This document shows, in pieces, positions 43,651-57,358 of a stretch of DNA of 64,000 nucleotides. Origin of the DNA: Mytilus californianus (taxonomy: Eukaryota); the NCBI RefSeq assembly GCF_021869535.1, contig NW_026262712.1:79174001-79238000 (forward strand). Direction: 5' to 3'. Position numbers and translations under genes: made by a program. The notes under the pieces are model-generated. The model was given only the letters and a program-made list of their open reading frames with translations, ran no database searches and had not been told where the DNA came from. Each line of letters starts with the position of its first letter. Position 1 is the stretch's first letter.

Positions 43651-44635
43651 TTTCGAAAAACGGAATCCATCCCCAGAAGCAGTCTGCTAACTTACAAAGA
43701 AAAACAGAAAAGTAAAAGAATCCCATGTGTGCTCACCTGCCATCCACGCCTGAGAAATAGTTTCAAGACCATTCGTGATCATTGGACAGCAATCGAGAAA
43801 CATTCTAAGTTATCCAAAATCTTTCCTGAGCCGCCCATGATTGCCTTCAAACAACCTAACAGCCTGAGAAATATAATTGTCCGTGCTGACCTTTCCAAAC
43901 CTAACCATACTGTAGGTAATTGCCAGCCTTGTGGGGATAAGCGCTGCAAATGTTGCAACCAATTGCAGCATTCATCAACATTTCACAGTAAGACCACAGA
44001 AAAGACATACAAGATCTTCTGCAATGTCAACTGCAAAAGCTCAAACGTGATTTACGTTCTTGAGTGTCCTATATGTGGTCTCCAATATGTTGGTGAATAT
44101 ATGCAGCCATTTCACAAACGCCTTAATGGCCACAGGAGTGACCTCACAAAAAAACCGTATATTCCTGTCAGCCAACACTTCAGGTTACCAGATCACAATC
44201 TGAAAGATTTTGATCACATGAAGATCCTTGTGATCAAACAGGATTGTACATGGCAAAATAGGCAAAGAGAGAATCGGGAGAAGTTTTGGATAAAAACACT
44301 GGGTGTCCTCCATCCAGATGGAATCAATAGAAAGAAATAATTAAATTTACAGTCTAATGTTTATATTATGATATTCAGGATTTTGGATTAAAATCAATCG
44401 ACCAAAACTTACCTGTATTATTATTGATCTATGTTTACACCTTATACATTATATATCAGTATTGTTAAAACTTTTAACACTGAGGAAGGCCATTTGTTGA
44501 GCCGAAATATTTGCAATTATTGTATAATTTATATCATCTGTTCAGTTTTTCCATCTTTGTGCGATGATATTCAACACTTTTTAGTGTTTTGTTTTCCATC
44601 TATTTATCGGTATTGTTACACAATCTTTTAGACTC
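43651..44635 (+). mobile_element. 5'-truncated Penelope-like element: GIY-YIG endonuclease region and 3' tail, inserted in (TA)n
   Basis: ORF 43729-44340 has CxxCxxxxCxCC, NVIYVLECPICGLQYVGE, RLNGHRS and EKFWIKTL…PDGIN. (TA)n tracts at 43631-43650 and 44636-44672. CTGAGGA…GGC/GCC-GAAA motif at ~44480-44507. Confidence 0.88.
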
Positions 44636-44668
<33 letters not shown>

Positions 44669-47600
44669 TATAAACAAATTAACAAAGTTTTAAAATTGTA
44701 TTCCCTTGATTAACAGAGCAAATCGAATATTTCTAACTTTTTTGTTTGACATACGTCATCGGGTTACGACGTTTTAGTCCGATTCCGATCCGGATAGGAA
44801 ATTGAAATCAGTTGAAGTCTTATTCTCCTCTCCAATTTTTCGGTAATTAAACGCGCGCAGATGACCGTTTGTCGAAGCTTATAACCACAAGATCAGAATG
44901 AAAGAAAACTAACACACGTGTTACGTTTTACATTGATTAAATAAAAAATCCTATAGTTTCGGTATATATTTTCGATCAAATTTTATTTATTAATCGTTTC
45001 GATGTTTTTACTGAAATATTCATTGAACACAAATTATTTACTGATATTGAACTGAACATATGTTCGTTTTTAATTTATAATAATTTTGACATTCATTTCA
45101 ACGCAAAGTCTGTGTGAATAGAATTTTCTATTCTTTCGGAAAGGCATTGTTTATTTCTCGAATAGATGAGCAAGTTGTAACATTCCTTTGAACTTTACCT
45201 GAGAGCAGTTTAGCATCAAGCGTATACTGTTACAGATGTGAATGTTGTAATTTTGAATGTATTTATTATATAAAATAAAGAGAATGGCGAGTTTTATGCA
45301 CCAAGATTAAATATCTGATGACACAGAAAAAAATGATTGTATTAATTCATTGAAAATAAAATTAAAATATTTGCGACAATGGTAGCCTTTTTTGGTCCTG
45401 TGTTTTCACTATCAAAGATCCATTGAAAAAAATGTCGAATTCTGAATTATCAACACCTTTGGGTGTAATTGAAACTGCAAAACACATATGGTGCCGCAGC
45501 TTTTTTGATAGAAAAATGCAATTTTTTAAGGGTACTCAACGGTTCCGGAATTTTCGAAATAGTATAAATGAAGAACACTCTTTGCTAAATTTGGCACAGA
45601 AAATGTTGCTCGTCACAGAGAGTTTCCTCTAAATTTCTCGCTATTTCTGCACCAATGGCCAACACTCATTTCTCACTATTTCAATTTTGATTTTTAATTA
45701 CCAGGGCAGCAGAAAATAAATTTACTTCTACCTATTATCTTGGATGTGAAATCTAGGTGGCGCCGGTCATCTTTATTTACTTCCTTTTAACCACATGTAT
45801 GCAATTAACGCAATTATTAAAATAGGAAAAAGAAAAGAAAAATACTTTTAATGCTATATTTTTCCAAAATTAATAGAGAAATACCATTGCATATGTGTAT
45901 AATTTAGTTTACCGGAGGTCTTTAGCTTGTATCTAAATCTGTGGATGTCAACGTACAAAAATCAAATAGCAATCACCTGGAAATAATTTCTCGGGAGCAT
46001 AATTTTTTTAAATAGAATGCCAATAATCAGTTTTGACATTATATGATTAACATTCATGAGAAATTAGAGCTCATTAATTTTTTTTTTCATTTGAGGATTT
46101 GTTTTCACAAGTTAATTCGAGATCAAAGGAGACTATTTTTCCTCACCAACTAAACTTTTATTCACATATTTGTTTTCTTATAAAAAGAGCGTGTTCGTGT
46201 TTATATGACTGAATGGTATACTTAGCCATTCGGTTTTATTCGGTTTGGTGGGTGTAAATTGAAATTGTTAATCGAAAAATGATACCTGTTTTATGCAAAC
46301 CGAAGGATTTTAGGGATTCTGTAGTATCAATGTTTCGTTGTCATATCTCTTGTCAAGATAGGTTAATGTCTGCATGTTATAATATGCCATGCGTTAATTA
46401 ATTGGGATAATCTGGTCTCTGTTGCATAGTTTGCAATTATAGCCCCATCTTTTTATTCAAGAAAAGTCGTAAATTTTGAATATTCTGTGATCAATTAATG
46501 CAGCTTGATCGAAACGTAGATTCACTCAGAAACCGATTGTTCTCTTTTCTTCTAATCCATAAATGAACTGCTGAAGTCAGGAATTTGAAATATGACAGTT
46601 ATGTGTTATGTTCAGTTTGCATTTATTCGAAGCATTATGGAACTATGTCAGCGTAATTGACTTTCATCTTTAGGATTCCTCTGGCTTTTATATAAAAGAA
46701 ATAACATAGGATTAACTTGGAGTGTATCTAATTCAATTCCCCTATATTAACTTGTTTCATAAACTATGTAAACATAAACCGTTTAAAAACTACAGACCAT
46801 AGTTAATTAAAAAAAAATAGATATCCAATCGGCAGACTTCTCCGACTCTTAAACCCATTTTAATCATTTTCTGTATCAAGTTATTCAAAGAAAGGTTTGC
46901 CGATTCAGTAGTACAACCATGTCTGGTATAATTTTTTTTAGGAGCCGTGAAACTATAAAATTGAGAATAGAAATGAGGAATGTGTTAAAGAGACTACAAC
47001 CCGACCAAAGGGCAGAAAACAGCCGAAGGCCACCAATGGGTCTTCAGCACAGTTAGAAAATCCCGCACCCGGAGGCAGGCTTCAGCTGGCCCTTAAACAA
47101 AATGTGTACTAGTCCAGTGAAAATGGACGTCACACTAAACTCCAAAACATATAAATGAACTACAATTTAAACAAAACACATACAAGAGGCTCCTGACTTG
47201 GGACAGGCGCAAAAATGCGGCGGGGTTAAACATGTTTTGTGAAATCTCAACCCTCCCCTTTACCTCTAGCAAATATAGAATAAACAAACACACAGCAATA
47301 CGCACAGTAAAACTCAGTTCAAAAGAAGTCCGAGTTCAATGACAGAATAGATAACAAAAGAAACTAAGCAAAATGACAATGATACATAAATCAACAAGGC
47401 ACTACTAGCAGTTACTGACATGCAAGCTCCAGAACTCAATTAAACTGATTAAAGATTATGTCTTCATCATATGAAAATCAAGCACAATCCCTCCTGTTAG
47501 GGGTTTAGTATCATACCATCACAACATATTTGAGAACAACATAACCGTATCATGCCAACAACTGGTTTTAGAAAAATAAATGTGTTTATTTCAGATGCAA

Positions 47601-50329
47601 AGACCCTATGAGTCAATCAATATTAATATGTATGCGTTTGTCATTATCTTGTCGGGTAAACAACTGTACGATTGACAACAGATTGTGACACTGAATAACG
47701 ATTACGTCTCTTCTTGTTTTGGTACTTTGGGGTTTATAGATATCATGTGGGATTTTTTACCCGGAAAGCCGTCAAGATGGCTGTATGTAGAGAGTTGATA
47801 TTTTCAATTGTAAATCGATTGTGATAACTTATCTAGGAAAAAAAATAATATTTATGAATTTATGCTGTTTTATAATTCATGAACATAATATCAATTTTCA
47901 TTTTTTTGCGGAGTATCCCTTAAAACAATGTTTCTGATATACTTCCGTTGTTAAGGTAAAAAGATAATTGATGTTTCATTTGATGTTTGTATTGATACTT
48001 GTTTATGAACATATTCCATATTTTCCAATAATCCATCAATTAATAACTCACTCAAACGTATTGTTAAAATGTGTTTAGAAGATTGATCCAAATATAATCT
48101 AGGTATGATAGAACAATGTCCTAGATTAATACTCGTCACCAAATATTTATGCCCTGGTTATCGTCTTGTGCAAATATGGAAATGTTTAGTAGGAAGTAAC
48201 TTTAGAAATAATCATAATACAAGGCAAAGCTAATATATCTTAGAAATTAGTACAAGAACTTGATTATATTCTGAAAATGTATTCCCTGCCACGTTGAACT
48301 TGTGGAATAAGATACCTTTATACATGAGACAATGGAGTTCACCTCTCCCTTTAATTAAACAAACACATATGTGTAAACAAAAGAAGAAGGATCCCATAAA
48401 TTAGTATGTTTGAAACCGTTTAGGACAAATTTTCCGTCCACGATAACGATTGAATTCCATTGATTTCAGTTTCCATTTATTTTCTTTACATCAATTAGTA
48501 GATTCAGTAAACTGTCTAAATTTGAAAAGTATTTTTGAACGGATCTCAAGTTACTGCACGGAAACAAAAATAAAGTGTATAATTCTAATCAATCAACTTC
48601 CATAATTTCTTAACAGCCAAAACAAAAACTCGTCAATATTCAACATTACATCACTTTTTTCATCAGAAACAACATACTGAGATGTAAAAGGCATTGTTTT
48701 AACGGTTTGTAAGTTTTTACACCGAACGACATCAAGTGCCATCAGTAAAGGACCATAACTGCGGAACGGAAAATTTAAAAATTGTCAATATTGAACTTTA
48801 CCTCCATTTTGTCAGCAATACAATTGAATGAAAATTTTAAAAGCATACATAAAGAAATTCATTAGTTATTGCATGACAAAAGCTGGAATCGCCGATCGTT
48901 TAATCCATAAAAAAATGAAACTAACAACTAATATACATCTTTTGGTCAACGGGCACTTTTCAACAAACGAAAAAGTGTCTACACAGAATGTCAAGCTCTA
49001 GTTCGCCCAACCTAATTGGTGAAAATTTCTTTTTTTCCTTTAACCTCTACTCTTAATTAGATAGGATACAAATTTCGTATAAATCGTCCAACTTTAGTAA
49101 ACATAATTCCCTAGGTTCATATCTAATTCAAATGAAAACACTTGGAACAATTATTTTCATTAGACGTATATCAATGTGTTTTGAAGGGTAAGATTCCGCG
49201 TTCTACCAGTCCGTAACTAAGGAAAGCCACCATTTTGAATTCTGATTTTTCTTTTTTTTTTTTTTTTGGTATTTAATTCTCAAAAAATTAACAAAAAAAG
49301 ACACATTTTGTGCCTCATTGTCTTCATTTCTGGCAATATTTATACCATCAAGAAGCCTACTGAAAGTATAAATAAATCTACTGTTAATGGTTGACTACAG
49401 AAGTTTACCTATGACGTCAAATTGTTTAGATGTCAAAGACGATTACAGTTTCGCGGACTTAAAATTATTTACTAAAATGGAATGTATTTCAGTATGTGGT
49501 ATTCGAATGGAGATAACTGTATTGTAGTTTAATATTGCTCTTCGTAAAACTTGATTTTAGTGTCGCAAATATCCGTTTACCTAGCTCTGCTACGCGTAGA
49601 ATTGAAGAAATTTCCGATAAGACATCACTTGACATCAGTATGTTAGATATTTCATATCGAATGAGTAAGCTAAAGATGTCGAGTCATGTTTGTTGCGTTT
49701 TTTCTATCTTTTTGTTGTTTTTTTCTTAATTTATTCATTGTGTCCCGCAAGCATATATCCAAATGCATTGTTCACCATATGATAACTTTTAGCTTCAAAT
49801 ATGTGATTGCGTAAAAATGTTTTACGAAAGTTTTGTAAAATATTTTGCTTGAACAGATAACATCAAGTGTTCTCTAAAGTAATTATTATTTAGAAGATTC
49901 CTCATTGACGGGATCGTTTAACAATTAAACAACAGATGTAACTATTGTTGCTGCAATGTAAGCTTTAATTAAATCATAATTGTCTCATATTGATAAATTT
50001 ATGCATACCAATTTGCATTTCAAGAGCCACACCTTTCACTGCTCGTTGGTTCGACCACAGATTCAAGAACCTTACTTTCACTAGAACTTCCAAAAGTAGC
50101 AATTTCAATTATAGTATGCCAGTTTCGTTTGACTGTTAAATGGGACTTCATAGAATCTTTTTTATTAGTTACTACTTTCGTGAATGAAGTAATCCTATTG
50201 CAACGGGCAATCGTTGGCCTATCGCGAGCTTTTATTCGTTCTTCGTATTACTTTGCAAATTCTTTGTTTGGAGTCAACAACAACCTTTAATGATCTCGTT
50301 TATCCTTTGCACTTTGAAAATTTAGTAAT

Positions 50330-50860
50330 GATGGATCAGTGTTATATTTGACCTCTACAAACTTTTGTCTCATATATTGTTAAAGTCATATATGAAAGTT
50401 GAGCTTCCCTTCCGCATACTCGCGACTCCATATTCCTCGAAAAGATATCGTCACACGCATACCCCAGCTTAAGAGAAAAGTAATTACTGTATGATGATTT
50501 GCATATACTTGAACGGCGAATACCAGTAGCTGATTTTTTATCTTCAATTATATCCGTCTTTCTCATTACAGAAAATCCTTGTACACGTAATGAAGTGTTG
50601 CCCAATTTTTTTTTCATTATCTTCTAGAAATCCGTTATGTTTCGATATTAATGTTCTCCAGTTAACACCTCCAGAGTCCCCTCTGATCGTTATTGAAATA
50701 CCACCATTAGCCGTTGTAAATTTTGTACCAGATTTAGTTCTGAAATTTTTATTATTACCTCGCTTTACATCGATTTCAAGTACAATTCTTGCTTCTTCGG
50801 CTTTTAAAATATCCACAATCTTATATTGTCGGCTGTGTAAAACTTTTCATATATCATAAT
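50330..50860 (-). pseudogene. Decayed paralog of the ParB-like/repeat gene
   Basis: KFYTADNIRLWIF-(frameshift)-KAEEA…KFTTANGGISITIRGDSGGVNWR, then one repeat unit (NTSLRVQ…KSSYS…CDDIFSRNMESRV). Confidence 0.75.
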
Positions 50861-51774
50861 AATAATAATAAAACATGATTGTTGGTTTTTTTTAAATCAT
50901 TAATGAAAGTGAAAAGTGATATGATAATTTCCTTTTAACAACCAGTTTGGTTCAGTTTTGTCAACTAAGGAAAGAAACATCGCTAATGAATTATTCACTT
51001 GCAAGTGAATAGGTCAAGTTTATTAAATCCGTATTCATGTAGAATTCATTTGAAGACATAAACGAGATGGGTTACGCATGAACTAGGCGTGTTCAGCTAT
51101 TAAAAAGAAAAGGAAATCAACATTGAAAGTGAAACAAGGACTAACCATTTGGTTGACTGATTTGATCTACAAAAATTCATTCTTATTAGAAAAATTATTA
51201 ACATATGTTTTGGATCTGGAAAAATCTAATTGCACGAGTTTGCTACATGTTTCTATTTATATCGATGTTTATGTTTTTATCAGGTCATATTACCGTCTGC
51301 AGGCTTTGGAGGTCACATCGATGGTCAATTAGATTGCGTCGAGACTAAAATTCACACGAATTCTCGATACATATGATCGAGGCCGTGCATCGTCAATTGT
51401 TTATTTTAGACTTGTTATAATTTGGATATACGTTGTAGTATGTTATATATCAAATATGAGAATTTGAATCAAATCGATGAACATGCTCCTTTAAAAGCTA
51501 AAAATTAGCAGTCAATGTAAATCATACATCCAATTGTGTGTATTTCTCCTTAAACAAGATCCATCTACAAATACTTTACAGGATTAATTAGAAGTTTTTT
51601 ATTCTTGTGTTATCTGCTTGCATATTTCAAATTTATTACCCAAAAGCAAGACTTTGAACATATTCACAATGCTTTTGTTAAAAAGAGTAGAATTTGCATT
51701 TTACCCACATTCTTTGTTATGAATTTTAAATCACTATTTGTTGAAAAATTTCCTTAAACAAGAAGAGAATCCAT

Positions 51775-52700
51775 AAAAGAGGAGCGAAATATACCAAAGG
51801 TACACTCAGACTCATAAATCGAAAATAAACTGACAACGCCATGGCTAAAAAAGAAAAAACAAACAGACAAATAATAGTACACAAAACACAGCTTAGAGAC
51901 TAAAGACTTAGCAACACGAACCCCACCAACAACTTGGGGTGATCTCAGGTGCTAAAGAAGGGTAAGCAGATCCTGTTCCACACGAGGCTCCCGTCATTTT
52001 GCTCATGTGAGTACAAACCGGTAACAAGTCTAATTCGGTAGATCACATTCGTGAAAAGGATACGGGATTGTAGTAACGACATTAGGAACATATCCGCTAT
52101 CATCTGTGAAACGTATGTTCCATAACGGTCAACCAACTCGTGATGGCGTCCGTGAAATTTACGAAGGGATAACTTCACCATTTGGAACTCTTGGTTGAAT
52201 AGCTTCCTTGTGAGTAGCAACCCTCTATCAAGGAAATCATGATAGGAAATACAAGCCCGAGAATATCGTATCAATTGGGAGTTATATAGTCCGTATGCAG
52301 GCGCTGCTGGAATGTTGCTAAATAGAAATGGAAAGTTCACAATTGGTAACTGAATATGTTGTATCCTTTATCTCAAATTCGATGGGATAGATGCGTTCAA
52401 CATAGTCACCAAATTTTGAATTATTTAGTGAGAGAACATCACCCGTATAGCGGAAAGTAAAGTTAAAGGATACTGCTTGCTTATTTTCTGTCTTCCTAAG
52501 AAGTTCCTGTATGAAGTTAGCTTCATAGGAATAAAGAACCAAGTCGGCAAGAAGAGGGCACAGTTGGTTCCCATGGGAATGAATGCTGATAGTTTGTTGA
52601 AAAACACGTCCTCCAAACGTAACAAATATGTTGTCAATCAAGAAATCAAGCATCTTGATAATGTCAGTTTCAGAGCATATTTTGTTTGAATAAGAGTGAC
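51775..52700 (-). mobile_element. Degenerate Penelope-like retroelement: RT C-terminal region and 3' end
   Basis: IPMGTNCALFL, LYSYEANFIQ, FRYTGDVLSLNN (decayed YIDD motif) and NFPFLFSNIPAAPAYG…QLIRYSRAC, spread over frameshifted ORFs 51945-52653. Confidence 0.85.
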
Positions 52701-53054
52701 TTTTTTACAAAGTAGGATTTTTCCCTCCCTAAGCCATAAAATTAGTTGCTCTTACCTTATTCCCCTATATCAACTTGTTTTATAAACCAAGTTAACAGAA
52801 ACAGTTGTTTAAAATCGACAGACCATAGTAATTAAATTAAGATATCCAATTGGCAGACTTTTCCGACTCTTAAACTCTTTCTAATCATGGTTCATTATCA
52901 AGTTACTAGTAATTAAAAACAAGTTTGCTGATAGGTAGTACAACCATGTCTGGTATATTAATTAGGTCTTTCCACTTTTCTGTGGAAAGACCTATTGTAT
53001 TTGTTTTGATTAATATTATTATTAGGTCTTTCCACTTTTCTGTGGAAAGACCTA

Positions 53055-56000
53055 CAGATGGGTGCGGTCCTAACCTGTACAAAAGTTAACTTTGAGCAGA
53101 CTTGTTGACTGCTTTTCAAGTTAACTTGGGAAATTTTAAGCAGATAAGCAAGTTAACTTTGTCGTTGGTAGACCATACCTACGGTCTGCTTTTTTAGGAC
53201 TGCTGCAGCCCTACTGACAGGTCTGATCCAGACTAAACCTGTGAACAAGTTTGCTTTTGACCAGTCCTGAGGACAGGTCTGCCCCAGACCAGACCTGTGG
53301 ACAGGTCTGCTCCTGACCAGACCTTTGGACAGGTCTGCTTATGACAGATTACCGTGTTTATGACTTTTGATATCAGACCTGAGCTTTTAATATGTAAACA
53401 ATAATCGCATTGTTCTTTTTTCCCAGTGTATAGCAAATTTCTTTTCTCGTTAGACTCTATCGATATTATACACATTAAAAACAAATCTTTTTTTTTCATT
53501 TCATATTCTTATATACATTAAACAATGGCTCTTAAATTACACACTTGTGAACACATACAGCTATCATTAAAGAAAGGAAAGTTTTTATTTAATTAGAAGG
53601 CGGATAGAAAGGTTATCCAACGCAGCAGAACAATATTTTTATGTCATGGGATATCAACATCATTGTCGGCGTTGCTTCGTTCCCCATTTTTTACAGTCTC
53701 TTCCTAAATTTAACTTTATGCATTACATGGATATTCCATCGTAATTCACCTTGTTTACCTTTGATTTACGATTCTGTTTTCGACAAAATATTCTAACGAA
53801 AATTGTACAGTGTCCGGATACATAAGGTGTTGAATAATTATGAACAATCTCGTCAATTTCGTCAGATTTGTCTTTACCGATTAAAAATGATGATATGGGA
53901 CTTCCAAAAAATATACTCGCTGTGCACATGAATGAAATAGTTGCCACTTGAGGTTTAGCTACAAACAAAATCAATCAACCGACATAATGTACTAACAGTA
54001 TACTATTCCCAGAAGAGAACTTCTTATACTTTTCATTATAAAGTAAAAATGAAATTAGACATGTAAGTGTTGGATGATGCTGTCAAATAGTTTTGTTATA
54101 CACACCATCCTGAACTACTAACTTTAGTGACGGTCTAATATTATGAATACAGAGATAAAATGCTGACAATCTAAATTGATGCGGAAAAGATATTGCATCC
54201 ATTGTTTTCCAATGTTGCTTTCATTTGTATTATAATACAATACATCCTGACATAAAAAAAAAACTTCTGATTAAATATAATGCAGTCATATAGATTTACA
54301 TACTAAAGTGCAAATATGGTCTGTTTTACTTGATACGGTCAAAAATATTTTGCTATACCAGTCAGCCTGAGGTATCAAAAGTACTGAAATTTTATTACAT
54401 ATCAATATATTGAACAACAGGAGGACATGATGGCACTCTAAATTTATGCATCGTGTTCCAATATTACTGTCATTTGTATTATACATTAAATCCTGACATA
54501 AAAATACTACTGAATTATTATGCGGCTATAAAGACTTACATAATAAAGTGCAAATATGGTCAGTTTTGGTTGATACGGTCTAATCATTTTGCTATACAAG
54601 CCAGCATGGGGTATCAAAACTACTGAAATTTAGTTACGTATCAATATATCATGTATATTGACAAAAAGGAAGACATGCTGGCACTCTAAATTTATGCGGA
54701 CAAAAATTTGTAGTTGTTGTGTTCCAATATTGCTGTCATTCGCATTATTCATTAAATCCTGACATAAAAATAGTTGCTGATTTACTATGCAGCTATATAG
54801 ATTTACAAAATAAAGTGCAAATATAGTTAGTTTAGGTTGATGCGGTCAAATATTTTTGCTATACGAATCAGCCTGGGGTATCAAAACTACTGAAATTTAG
54901 TTACGTATCAATATATCATGTATATTGAACAAAAGGAGGACTTGATGGCACTCTAAATTTATGCGGACAAAAATTTGTAGTTGTTGTGTTCCAATATTGC
55001 TGTCATTTGTATTATACATGAAATACTGACACAAAAATAGTTGCTGATTTACTATGCGGCTATATAGATTTACAAAATAATGTGCAAATATGGTCAGTTT
55101 TGGTTGATGCGGTCAAATAATTTTGTTATAAGAGTTTGCCTGAGGTATCAAAAATACTGAAATTTTGTTGCGAGACAATATTTTGATCGAAAAGAGGACA
55201 TACTGGCAATCTAGATTGATACTGACAAAATTTTGTATTCACATTATGTTTCAATATTGCTGTCATTTGTATTATACAGTACATCCTGACATAGAATATT
55301 ACTGAATTATTATGCGGCTATATAGATTTACATGATAAAGTGCAAATATGGTAAGTTTTGGTTGATACGGTCAAATAATTTTGCTATATAAATTAGCCTG
55401 GGGTATCAAAACTACTGAAATTTAGTTACGTATCAATATTTCATGTATATTGACCAAAAGGAGGACATGCTGGCACTCTAAATTTTTGCGGACAAAAACT
55501 GGAAGTTGTTGTGTTCCAATATTACTGTCATTTGTATTATACATTAAATCCTGACATAAAAATAGTTGCTGATTTACTATGCGGCTTTATAGATTTACAA
55601 AATAAAGTGCAAATATGGTCAGTTTAGGTTGATGTGGTCAAATATTTTTGCTATACGAGTCAACCTGAGGTATCAAAACTACTGAAATTTAGTTACGTAT
55701 CAATATATCATGTATATTGAACAAAAGGAGGACATGCTGACACTCTATATTTATGCAGACAAAAATTTGTAGTTGTTGTGTTCCAATATTGCTGTCACTT
55801 GTATTATACAATACATACTGACATAAAAATAGTTGCTGATTTACTATGCGGCTATATAGATTTACAAAACAATGTGCAAATATAGTCAGATTTGGTAGAT
55901 GCGGTCAACTAATTTTGTTATAGGAGTCAGCATGAGTTATCAAAACTACTGAAATTTTGTTACGTATTAATATATTGAACAAAAGGAGGACATGCTGGCA

Positions 56001-57358
56001 CTCTAAATTTTGCGGACAAAAATTTGTAGTTGTTGTGTTCCAATATTGCTGTCATTTGTATTATACATAAAATTCTGACATAAAAATAGTTGCTGATTTA
56101 GTTTGCGGCTATATAGATTTACAAAATAAAGTGCAAATATGGTCAGTTTTGGTTAATGCGGTCAAATAATTTTGTTATAGGAGTCAGCTTGAGGTATCAA
56201 AACTACTGAAATTTTGTTGTGAGACAATATTTTGATTAAAAAGAGGACATGCTGGCAATCTAGATTTATACGGACAAAAGTTTGTATTCACATTATGTTC
56301 CAATATTGCTGTCATTTGTATTATACAATACATGCTGACATGAAAAAATACTGAATTATTATGCGGCTATATAGATTTACATGATCAAGTGCAAATATGG
56401 TAAGTTTTGGTTGATACGGTCAAATAATTTTGCTATACGAGTCAGCCTGGGGTATCAAAACTACTGAAATTTTGTTACGTATCAATATATTGAACAAAAG
56501 GAAGACATGCTGGCACTCTTAATTTATGCGGGTAAAATTTTGTGGTGATTGTGTTCCAATATTGCTGTCATTTGTATTATACATTCTATCCCGACATAAA
56601 CATATTTCTGATTTACTTTGCGGCTATATAGATTTACATTATAAAGTGCAAATATGGTTAATACGATTAAAAGAATTTGTATTGGAATATATATTCAGCT
56701 CGTTAGCATTGTAACCATTATCGTTTTTTTAATATATAGAAAGGCAGATCACGGATAAATTTGTATATAAACAAGCAAAGTTTTATGCGTACTTTACTTA
56801 CAAATAGATATAAGAAGATGTGGTTTGAGTGCCAATGAGACAACTCTCCTTCCAAGTCAAAATTTATATAAGTAAACCATTATAGGTCAAAGTACGGTCT
56901 TCAACACGGAGCTACATGTATTTAATAATGTTTATATCACGGAAGTATTAAATTGACTTTATCTTTTTATGTGTATACCAAGAAACAAAGACATTAAAAA
57001 AATATTTAAAAAAATCGATGTAGAGCGGTCCTGCTTACAAGCTAACTAAGTGTCGAGCAGACCAGGCCAAAAGTTAACTTGAGATCAGGTCTGGTTCGAT
57101 CGGAGTTGTCAAAATCAAAGTTAGCTTGTGTTAACTTGTGACAGAACTGGTTTCGAAGTTAACTTATATCAATAGCGGACCTGTTTCCTAGTTAACTTTT
57201 TCGGCAGACATAAAAACAGTCCTAGGACCAAGTTAACTAGATTGTGGTCCTAGAAATGGTCAGAGCAGACCTAAATCCTGTCACAGGTTAACTTTGACCA
57301 GTCCAAATGACTGGTTATCAAGTTAACTTGCTGTACAGGTTAGGACTGCACCCATCTG
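53055..57358. mobile_element. 4,304-bp non-autonomous TIR transposon with TA TSD (Tc1/mariner-like ends)
   Basis: TA|CAGATGGGTGCGGTCCTAACCTGTACA … TGTACAGGTTAGGACTGCACCCATCTG|TA. An unoccupied equivalent site ggaaagaccTAttgtatttg is at 52983-53002. No transposase ORF. Confidence 0.88.
54150..56650. repeat. ~260-bp satellite array, about 10 units
   Basis: The motif gtcatttgtattatac recurs near 54221, 54467, 54731, 55001, 55259, 55523, 55791, 56049, 56308 and 56564. Confidence 0.92.
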
